32,000 bases of DNA, taken from positions 19,384-51,383 of the forward strand of contig LDJB01000007.1 of the NCBI GenBank assembly GCA_001028815.1. Reading direction: 5' to 3'. The position numbers and the translations under genes were made by a program. Below the pieces are notes generated by a model. That model was not told where the DNA came from, did no database searches, and saw only the letters and a list, made by a program, of their open reading frames with translations. The stretch is from Peptococcaceae bacterium 1109. Lineage in GTDB: Bacteria; Bacillota; Limnochordia; Darwinibacteriales; Darwinibacteriaceae. Shown one piece after another: positions 25,573-32,000 of this stretch; position 1 is the first letter of the stretch; every line of letters begins with the position of its first letter.

Positions 25573-26703
25573 CTAAATGCTAAACTGATCTAGCTGGAAA
25601 AACTTTTCCATTATTAGGCGCACAATCCCATTCTCTAAGGGATTATCCTGGGGCGAATTCCGCTTAACCTCTGGCGTGTGGCATACTGGGAGCCTCAAGA
25701 TCTGATCCCTCACTTGATTGTAGATCAAATCGAAGTAGTCAAAGACGTTGCCTGTGAGGAGGATCCGCTTGGGGTTCACTACATTGGCCATAGCGATCAT
25801 CATGCGAGCCACTTCAGTGCTGAAAACCTCCACTGCAGCCTGTGTTGCAGGGTTCTGTTCCATGTGCCGCATAAACCGCCGGTTAAGCTCGGCAATATAT
25901 GTAGGTTCGGTACCTTCATAATAGTATGGAAGGTCACTGATTTCCTGGAATAAGGCACAAGTACGGATCACGTGGTAGATTTTGTCGATGTCTTTCCCAA
26001 AGAACTGGCTGTCGCCGGCCCTGTTTGTGTAGCCCTGCAGAACCCGATCGCCAACCACCAAGGCCAAACCCACTCCCCGGCTCAAGTATAGCACTGTGAC
26101 CACGTTGTTCGCTTCGGTGGCGTTAATCTCATTGCGGGCATAGACCCGGGCATCGTTTTCTACGAAGACAGGAACACCCAAAATGTCTTCGAGAGCATGG
26201 CCCAAGGGACGGCTCTTCCATTCCAACTCATTGGAAAGGTCAACCACTTTATTGTCAAAATCCGTAACTCCCGAAATACTTACCCCCACAGCCATGACAC
26301 AGCTTCGGTTGATCCCCTTTTTCGCCAAGAGGGCCTCGATGGCCTGAGCGATTCTTTCTAGATAGAGCTCATAGGTTTTGTGAACGGATACAAACTCGCT
26401 GTAGAGCAAGCGGCCCCTTAGGTCAGAAAGGAATATGTAGAAGTGTGAAGCCCGCATGTCAACGCCGACTATGAAGCGAAAGTCAGGGTTTATCTCGTAA
26501 AGCCACGGTTTGCGGCCTCCGGTAGAACTTCCTTTGTCGGTGCTCAGAATGTAGCCCAGCTCTTCCAGCTGATTGACATAATCGGAGACTGCCGTAAGTG
26601 ACAGGCCAAGTTCTTGCCCTAGTTCGGGCTTAGTGGCTGACCCCTTTTCGTACACCGTTCGATAAAGCTGTTTTAGGTTAAAATTCTTGGTCCGTCTTCT
26701 CAT
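25573..26703 (-). CDS. ROK-family transcriptional regulator (N-terminal wHTH plus ROK sugar-kinase-like fold)
   Basis: The track gives 25573-26745 (TTG). ATG 26703 has a GAGG Shine-Dalgarno 5 nt upstream and gives MRRRTKNFNLKQLYRTVYEKGSATKPELGQELGLSLTAVSDYVNQLEELGYI, a typical ROK-repressor wHTH. The ROK body follows (FIVGVDM..., GVSISGV..., FVENDARV). Confidence 0.85.
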   Translation of the reverse strand: MRRRTKNFNLKQLYRTVYEKGSATKPELGQELGLSLTAVSDYVNQLEELGYILSTDKGSSTGGRKPWLYEINPDFRFIVGVDMRASHFYIFLSDLRGRLLYSEFVSVHKTYELYLERIAQAIEALLAKKGINRSCVMAVGVSISGVTDFDNKVVDLSNELEWKSRPLGHALEDILGVPVFVENDARVYARNEINATEANNVVTVLYLSRGVGLALVVGDRVLQGYTNRAGDSQFFGKDIDKIYHVIRTCALFQEISDLPYYYEGTEPTYIAELNRRFMRHMEQNPATQAAVEVFSTEVARMMIAMANVVNPKRILLTGNVFDYFDLIYNQVRDQILRLPVCHTPEVKRNSPQDNPLENGIVRLIMEKFFQLDQFSI

Positions 26704-26728
26704 TTGTACCTCGCCGCTGTAAGTTTTT

Positions 26729-26790
26729 TCAAGCAACTTTTTCAAGTAACTTCATCAATAAACTTAATCAAGAAAGTTCAAGAAGTACAT
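26729..26790. repeat. Tandem array of a 13-nt motif TCAAGNAACTTNN (4-5 units) at the start of the ROK operon leader
   Basis: The units are TCAAGCAACTTTT (26729), TCAAGTAACTTCA (26742), TCAATAAACTTAA (26755), TCAAGAAAGT (26768) and TCAAGAAGTACAT (26778). A further copy, TGAATAAACTT, lies at 26931-26941 in the divergent leader. Confidence 0.7.
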
Positions 26791-26794
26791 TTCC

Positions 26795-26823
26795 ATTATA
26801 ATAGTAACCCCGGAATTATGCAA
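26795..26823 (-). promoter_or_regulatory. Sigma-A-type promoter for the ROK operon
   Basis: On the minus strand: TTGCAT (26818-26823), a 17-nt spacer, then TATAAT (26795-26800). The predicted start falls at the edge of the 13-nt repeat array. Confidence 0.5.
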
Positions 26824-26882
26824 CTATTTTTTTACGAACGCATGATGATTGGGGCTATCCGGCAAGAAATATATAACAACTC

Positions 26883-26914
26883 TTGACAAACGCCCAGCAA
26901 CATGTTTCTATAAT
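26883..26914 (+). promoter_or_regulatory. Candidate promoter for the family-5 ABC operon
   Basis: TTGACA (26883-26888) is followed by one of two possible -10 elements. One is an extended -10-like TGtTTCTAT with a 17-nt spacer. The other is TATAAT (26909-26914), which would need a non-canonical 20-nt spacer. Confidence 0.35.
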
Positions 26915-27064
26915 TATGAGGGCGGGTTTCTGAATAAACTTCGCCCCCTAATAACAAGTGAATACCATTCTTAATTAGCGGGAAACCGCTGGCCTAAGGG
27001 GGGTGATTCTGGGACGGTAGTTGTTACTGTTCTGCTGGTCAACTAATTAAGAGGAGGCATATGT

Positions 27065-28957
27065 GTGAAGAGAAGATCAATTTGGCTTGTCACGTTTGTC
27101 CTGTTGTCGATGGTATTTGCCACAGGTATTGTCTCCGCCCAACTGACCGAAGTGGGCACACCACGGAACGAAACACTCATTGTTGAAACCCAGACGCCTA
27201 CAGACGTACCTGGCCAGTTCAACTCCTACATGATTGGAACCACGATGGGCTTTGGTATTCACCAGCTCATGTCGGCTATGATGTGGGAAATGGACACTGT
27301 ATCTGGTCAGCAATACGGTGAAGTTGCCGACGGTTTCCCCGAGTCCAACGAGGACTTTACCGAGCATATCGTTCGCATTCGTAAGGGCATTAAGTGGTCA
27401 GACGGCGAAGACCTGAACGCTGATGACGTAGTCTTCACCATGAACATGATCATGAATAACCCCGGCATTGGCGCTTCTGCGTATTACAATGCGGTGTTTG
27501 AGTCTATTGAAAAGGTCGATGACTACACTGTCCTCATCAAGACGAAGGAATCCTTCCCTCGCTTGGCTCTGCGGTTCGGTGTCACCATCTGGGGTAATGA
27601 CCTCCGCATCGTTCCTGAGCACATCTACTCTAAGGTCGAAGATGTGACCCAGTTCAAGGACAGCAACCCTGTAGTAGCTGGGCCCTACACCGTGAAGGCC
27701 TATGACAACCTCGGCCGCTGGATCCTCTATGAGCGCCGGGAAGACTGGCAATACAGCACCGTTGGTGTAGTAACAGGCAAGATGCCTAAGCCCAAGTACA
27801 TCCTCTTCAAGTATCTCGGCGACGACACAACCCGCCAGATGGCTATGATCAACAACGAAGTTGACATCCTCTGCGAAGTCACCCCTGAGATGCTCGAAGT
27901 CATGATGTCCATGAACCCGAACATTTCCGCATGGTACAAAGACTTCCCATATGCTACCAGCGACGACCCCTGCTCCAAGGGTATCGCCTTCCAAATGGCT
28001 AAGGAGCCTTACAACAATCCTGACTTCCGTTGGGGTATCGCCCTGGCCATGAACTTTGACGAGATTTCCATGAACGTCTTCAACGGTATCGGCCGTGCCA
28101 GCGTATGGCCAATCCTCACCGCTACCAGCGCGATGCAAGAGCTGTATTACAAGCCGCTCCTGTCTTGGCTGGAAGAGTTTGAACTGGATCTTGGCGATGG
28201 CACAACCTTTAAGCCTTGGGATCCCAACTACGCATTCCGCATGGCTGAACACCTGAGAGCACAGGGCTATGACATTCCTGACGATGAAGAGACCCTGATC
28301 GACATGTTCGGTGTTGGCTGCTGGAAGTATGCTCCTGAGGCAGCCGAGAAGCTGTTCATCAAGGCTGGCTTGGAAAAACGGGCAGATGGCTGGTATTACA
28401 AGGGTCAGCCATTCGTAATCAACATGACCTACTTGGCTGAAACGGAAGCACAAGCAGGCCGCGGCACCATCGCAGCTTATGACCAGTTGACCAAGTTCGG
28501 ATTCAACTGCAACCTGTCAAGCGTCAGCAGTGCTGTGTGGGATACCAACGGCGCCACCGGTAACTTCGAAATCGCCGGCTACTGGCCAACTGGCGGTATC
28601 ACAAGAGACCTGTACTCCGTGATCAACGGTTGGGATGCGGACCTCATCGTTCCTCTCGGCCAACGGGGTTCGGGCCAAGGTTCCCGCTGGAACAACGCAG
28701 AGGCAACCCGGATCATCCATGAGCTCGCGAAGGTACATCCTGACAGCGACGAGTCCTATGAGCTCGGCATGGAGTTCATGAAGATCGCCATTGCTGACCT
28801 GCCATTCCTCGGCTTCCACTCTGGTATCAAGTTCGTACCAACGAACGACACCCACTGGACAAATTATCCGAACGCGGAAAATCCGTACAACGGCCCATGG
28901 TGGTGGTGGAGCTGCTTCAAGTACATCACTACTGAAATCGAGCCTGTCCAGAAGTAG
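27065..28957 (+). CDS. Family-5 (Opp/Dpp-type) ABC substrate-binding protein, peptide or oligosaccharide specific
   Basis: 630-aa ORF with a GTG start 7 nt after GAGGAGG and signal peptide MKRRSIWLVTFVLLSMVFATGIVSA/QL (no lipobox Cys). It has SBP_bac_5-like blocks (IRKGIKWSDGEDLNADDVVFT, VVAGPYTV). Confidence 0.88.
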   Translation: MKRRSIWLVTFVLLSMVFATGIVSAQLTEVGTPRNETLIVETQTPTDVPGQFNSYMIGTTMGFGIHQLMSAMMWEMDTVSGQQYGEVADGFPESNEDFTEHIVRIRKGIKWSDGEDLNADDVVFTMNMIMNNPGIGASAYYNAVFESIEKVDDYTVLIKTKESFPRLALRFGVTIWGNDLRIVPEHIYSKVEDVTQFKDSNPVVAGPYTVKAYDNLGRWILYERREDWQYSTVGVVTGKMPKPKYILFKYLGDDTTRQMAMINNEVDILCEVTPEMLEVMMSMNPNISAWYKDFPYATSDDPCSKGIAFQMAKEPYNNPDFRWGIALAMNFDEISMNVFNGIGRASVWPILTATSAMQELYYKPLLSWLEEFELDLGDGTTFKPWDPNYAFRMAEHLRAQGYDIPDDEETLIDMFGVGCWKYAPEAAEKLFIKAGLEKRADGWYYKGQPFVINMTYLAETEAQAGRGTIAAYDQLTKFGFNCNLSSVSSAVWDTNGATGNFEIAGYWPTGGITRDLYSVINGWDADLIVPLGQRGSGQGSRWNNAEATRIIHELAKVHPDSDESYELGMEFMKIAIADLPFLGFHSGIKFVPTNDTHWTNYPNAENPYNGPWWWWSCFKYITTEIEPVQK

Positions 28958-28996
28958 TGATACCCGCGCCTATACTTGAACAGGATTAGGCGAACG

Positions 28997-29036
28997 AAGA
29001 CACGTGCTTTCGCCTCGCCATGAAAGCACGTGTCTT
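28997..29036 (+). terminator. Strong intercistronic stem-loop after the binding-protein gene (attenuator/mRNA stabiliser)
   Basis: Perfect 15-bp stem aagacacgtgctttc / gaaagcacgtgtctt with a 10-nt loop, followed by TTTTA. It lies 43 nt before the permease start. Confidence 0.6.
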
Positions 29037-29078
29037 TTTATAGTATATGCCGCACTACAGTGCAAAGGGGTGGAGCAA

Positions 29079-30077
29079 ATGAAATTCACTAAGTACTTGG
29101 GCCTGCGCCTTTTAACCTGGGCCCTCACGATTTGGATCGGCGTTACGTTCATCTTTTTCATCCCCCGGCTATTTCCATCGGATCCGGTGGAAACAATGAT
29201 TGGGCAGATTCAGTCCCGCTCAGGGCAGATGGATCCCCTGGAGATGGAAATGCTGCGGCGTTCGCTGCGTGTTCAGTTCGGGCTGGACGGTTCACTGTGG
29301 GAACAGTACCTCTCTTTCCTTTGGAAAGGCCTGCTGCGGTTTGAGTTTGGGCCTTCCCTTATGAGCTTCCCGACCCCGGTGGGGGAAATCATCAGGACTT
29401 ATCTCCCCTACACCCTGGTCCTTACACTTACCAGCACGCTTCTAGCTTGGATCATCGGGAACTTCATCGGCCTGCAGGCAGGATTCCGCAAGCATAAACG
29501 ATCATCCAAGATTATGGAAGGCATAGCAATATGCATTTATCCCATTCCTTACTTCATCGTTGCCCTGGTCCTGCAGATTGTTTTCGCCTTTATCCTAGGG
29601 TGGTTCCCTCTGCAAGCCACGATTTTCACCTTTGGCGGGACTGCGGCATTCATCCGTTCACTCATCCGGGCATCGCTATTGCCTGCCATCTCACTTCTGC
29701 TGGTGGGCACAGGGTGGTGGATTATCTCCATGAAATCCTTATCTAGCACTGTGGCTGAGGAAGACTTCGTGCTCTTCGCCCGCTACAGAGGCATTCCGGA
29801 AGGGAAAATCGGAAGAAGTTACGTAATGCGCAACTCTATCATTACTCAGGTTACAGCATTGGCCATGAGTCTAGGTGGTGCCTTCAACGGTTCGATCATG
29901 ACTGAAATTATCTTTGGCTACCCAGGTGTAGGTTCATTGATTCAAAAGGCGGTGCTGCAGTCGGATTACAACATGATCCTCGGCTGTATTACTATTTCCA
30001 TCGTGGCCATTGCCACTGCCACACTCATCGTAGACCTGATTTACCCGCTGATCGATCCTAGGATCCGCTACAACTAG
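29079..30077 (+). CDS. Opp/Dpp-type ABC permease (DppB-like)
   Basis: The track gives 29004-30077. ATG 29079 (GGTGGAG Shine-Dalgarno) gives MKFTKYLGLRLLTWALTIWIGVTFIFFIPRL, the canonical DppB/OppB N-terminus. The C-terminus is DLIYPLIDPRIRY. Confidence 0.9.
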   Translation: MKFTKYLGLRLLTWALTIWIGVTFIFFIPRLFPSDPVETMIGQIQSRSGQMDPLEMEMLRRSLRVQFGLDGSLWEQYLSFLWKGLLRFEFGPSLMSFPTPVGEIIRTYLPYTLVLTLTSTLLAWIIGNFIGLQAGFRKHKRSSKIMEGIAICIYPIPYFIVALVLQIVFAFILGWFPLQATIFTFGGTAAFIRSLIRASLLPAISLLLVGTGWWIISMKSLSSTVAEEDFVLFARYRGIPEGKIGRSYVMRNSIITQVTALAMSLGGAFNGSIMTEIIFGYPGVGSLIQKAVLQSDYNMILGCITISIVAIATATLIVDLIYPLIDPRIRYN

Positions 30078-30091
30078 AAGGGAGGGTACAC

Positions 30092-30928
30092 ATGAAGAGA
30101 TTCTGGAAAAACGCTAACTTCCGCTTAAAAGCGGGAATCATTATGACGGCATTCTTCCTCTTCCTGGGATTTGTGGTGTACTACTTTCCCCACGTGGATC
30201 CCTTTACCTACAACACCTATAGGGGCAAACTACCTCCCTCGCTTGAGCACCCACTGGGTACCACTAGCATGGGACAAGATGTCTTTTGGCTATTGATGGA
30301 GGCAATCCACAATTCGCTCCTCATTGGCTTGATCGTGGCTACCATCGGAACGGTAGTTGGAGTATTTGTGGGATTGGTTGCGGGCTTCTCCGGAGGCGTT
30401 TTGGACAGAGTGTTGATGGTGGTCACTGACACGTTCGTAGTGGTCCCTTCGCTGCCAATCCTTGTACTGATGACATCTCTGATGAAGGGGTCAACCACGA
30501 TTATTGTCATGGCCTTGGTATTGGGAGTCTTTGCCTGGGCATGGCCTAGCCGGCAGATCCGCTCCCTCGCGCTTAGCCTTAAGGAACGGGATTTTATCCA
30601 CACCGCCTGGTTCTCTGGGGAAGGGACGATGCAGGTAGTCGTAACGGAAATCCTGCCCTACGCTTTGACCTGGTCACTGTCAAACTTCATGAACGCCACC
30701 CTAGCAGCTATCGCATCTGAATCAAGCTTGGCAGTTCTGGGGCTTTCCCCAGCTAATCTCATATCCTTAGGAAACATGATCCAATGGGCTCGGGAGCGCA
30801 ACGCCATCTTTACCCGGCAGTGGTTCTGGATCGGTCCGCCCATCGTAGCAACAGTCCTGCTGTTCATCGGCCTATTCCTTCTGATCACGGGCTACAACGA
30901 CTATCTATCCATGAAAAGAGGTAGGTAA
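30092..30928 (+). CDS. Opp/Dpp-type ABC permease (DppC-like)
   Basis: 278-aa polytopic ORF containing HPLGTTSMGQDVFW, typical of the OppC/DppC N-terminal domain, with a GGAGGG Shine-Dalgarno. Confidence 0.9.
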   Translation: MKRFWKNANFRLKAGIIMTAFFLFLGFVVYYFPHVDPFTYNTYRGKLPPSLEHPLGTTSMGQDVFWLLMEAIHNSLLIGLIVATIGTVVGVFVGLVAGFSGGVLDRVLMVVTDTFVVVPSLPILVLMTSLMKGSTTIIVMALVLGVFAWAWPSRQIRSLALSLKERDFIHTAWFSGEGTMQVVVTEILPYALTWSLSNFMNATLAAIASESSLAVLGLSPANLISLGNMIQWARERNAIFTRQWFWIGPPIVATVLLFIGLFLLITGYNDYLSMKRGR

Positions 30929-30930
30929 GC

Positions 30931-31902
30931 ATGCTGAAAGTTGAAAATCTCTCCACATCCTACCGGACCATAGATGGCGATGTGCACGTCCTGAAAAACC
31001 TCAACTTCCAGATTAACTCGAACGAGATTTTTGGAATAGCAGGTGAGTCGGGCTGCGGAAAAACCACACTTCTCAAGGTGTTGTATGATATCATCGATTT
31101 CCCTCTCCAAGTGGATACGGGACGCGTTGTACTCAGCGTAAACGAAAACGGAACCGCCACCGACTTTGAGACAGGCAAGATCCGCGATGTTTGGTGGAAG
31201 CACATTTCCTACGTCCCCCAAGCCGCGCAAAGTGTGTTGAATCCTATTACCCGTCTGAAGACGCAGTTCCTGGACTCTATTCCTGAAGCGTATCGCAAAA
31301 ACGAGACTAAGGAGCAAACCCTGGATCGGGTCGCGCATTACCTGGAAGAACTGAGCTTGTCCCCTGATCTCTTGGATGCATATCCGTTCCAGTTGTCCGG
31401 CGGGATGCGCCAGCGGGCAATTATAGCCCTGGCTACGTTTATGTCCCCCAGTGTAGTGCTGGCGGACGAACCGACCACCGCGCTAGACGTAGTGGTACAG
31501 CGGGGCATTTTGATGATGTTAATGCGGCTCCAGCGCAAATTGAAAAACACCTTGGTATTGGTCAGCCATGATATTGGCGTTCACTACCAGATCACAAACC
31601 GCATGGGCATTATGTATTCAGGCAGCCTCGCGGAGCTGGGTAAAACAGAGGATATCTTCAACGATCCTCTCCACCCGTACACGAAGATGCTCATTGAAGC
31701 ACTGCCCCGGATCGGCGACAAGCGTCCCCGGGCCGGTATCCCAGGGCGGCCGCCTGCACTGACCAATCCACCTTCAGGCTGCCGTTTCGCACCCCGGTGC
31801 CCCTACGCCACCGATACATGCCGCAACCACGTTCCTGAATTCCGTGAAGCGCGGCCTGGCCGCTTTGTGGCCTGTCATCTCGTACAAGAGGAGGCATCCT
31901 AA
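30931..31902 (+). CDS. Opp/Dpp-type ABC ATP-binding protein (DppD-like)
   Basis: Walker A GESGCGKTT, signature LSGGMRQR and Walker B VVLADEPTTALD, plus a C-terminal oligopeptide-transporter extension with a CRFAPRCPYATDTC cysteine motif. Confidence 0.92.
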   Translation: MLKVENLSTSYRTIDGDVHVLKNLNFQINSNEIFGIAGESGCGKTTLLKVLYDIIDFPLQVDTGRVVLSVNENGTATDFETGKIRDVWWKHISYVPQAAQSVLNPITRLKTQFLDSIPEAYRKNETKEQTLDRVAHYLEELSLSPDLLDAYPFQLSGGMRQRAIIALATFMSPSVVLADEPTTALDVVVQRGILMMLMRLQRKLKNTLVLVSHDIGVHYQITNRMGIMYSGSLAELGKTEDIFNDPLHPYTKMLIEALPRIGDKRPRAGIPGRPPALTNPPSGCRFAPRCPYATDTCRNHVPEFREARPGRFVACHLVQEEAS

Positions 31903-31903
31903 T

Positions 31904-32000
31904 ATGTCCGAAAAACTGCTGGAAGTAAAAAACGTCACTAAGGTCTTCAGGATCGGCAGTATTTTGCGGGGCAAACGGCTGGTTGCGGTGGATGATGTCT
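31904..32000 (+). CDS. Second Opp/Dpp-type ABC ATP-binding protein (DppF-like), 5' fragment running off the window
   Basis: ATG 31904 follows GAGGAGG. The translation MSEKLLEVKNVTKVFRIGSILRGKRLVAVDDV is a typical OppF/DppF N-terminus. Confidence 0.75.
   Translation, partial: MSEKLLEVKNVTKVFRIGSILRGKRLVAVDDV

Noticed and set aside
26704-26886. A 60-aa ORF on the plus strand inside the divergent intergenic region, and a 22-aa ORF from ATG 26818.
   Set aside because: Neither has a Shine-Dalgarno. They overlap the ROK promoter and the repeat array, and the composition is AT-rich intergenic sequence.
27061-27186. A 41-aa Cys-rich ORF (MCEEKINLACHVCPVVDGICHRYCL...) starting at ATG 27061 and sharing the GAGGAGG ribosome-binding site with the binding-protein gene.
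   Set aside because: The ATG is only 3 nt from the Shine-Dalgarno, whereas GTG 27065 has ideal 7-nt spacing and yields a textbook signal peptide. The Cys codons are out-of-frame products of the hydrophobic leader codons. It is most likely a chance ORF.
27398-28453. A 351-aa ORF antisense to the family-5 binding-protein gene. Similar long antisense ORFs occur at 2003-2629, 5609-6220, 11375-12046, 20066-20620, 21060-21743 and 24455-25039.
   Set aside because: In every case the antisense ORF is codon-aligned with the sense gene: the coordinate offsets from the sense stop or start are multiples of 3. Antisense stops can therefore arise only from sense TTA, CTA or TCA codons, which these genes avoid. 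The translations are low-complexity (rich in V, D, H, G, R), have no Shine-Dalgarno and match no recognisable family. They are shadow ORFs.

Overview
This is a chromosomal window from an endospore-forming Bacillota (Firmicutes)-type genome with mid-range GC. Most of it is conserved housekeeping DNA, in three blocks. (1) Positions 1-8100: an htrA 5' part, a cobalamin-riboswitch-controlled BtuFCD-like ABC importer, folD, a sugar isomerase, and five tRNAs in three small units. These tRNA units are interleaved with a copZ-csoR pair and a small FMN-binding protein gene. (2) Positions 8100-20900: purA, tatD and T-box-controlled metG, then an MFS transporter plus phosphosulfolactate synthase pair. 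This is followed by the classic Bacillus-like syntenic block abrB / rsmI-yaaT-holB-yaaR-darA-tmk-yaaO-csfB(gin). (3) Positions 20950-32000: an accessory carbohydrate locus. It holds a ROK regulator-led operon (ROK, cytoplasmic phosphodiester-glycosidase/DUF2233 protein, CUT1 binding protein, two permeases). This operon is divergent from an Opp/Dpp-type (family 5) ABC transporter operon. I saw no CRISPR array, rRNA, transposase, integrase or phage genes, and nothing resembling a defence system. The best candidate for undescribed biology is the ROK/DUF2233/ABC locus and its divergent control region. That region contains a 13-nt tandem motif array and a structured leader. All functional calls rest on my own motif and family recognition from the translations. 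No database search was run. Long ORFs opposite real genes are codon-aligned antisense shadows and were rejected.
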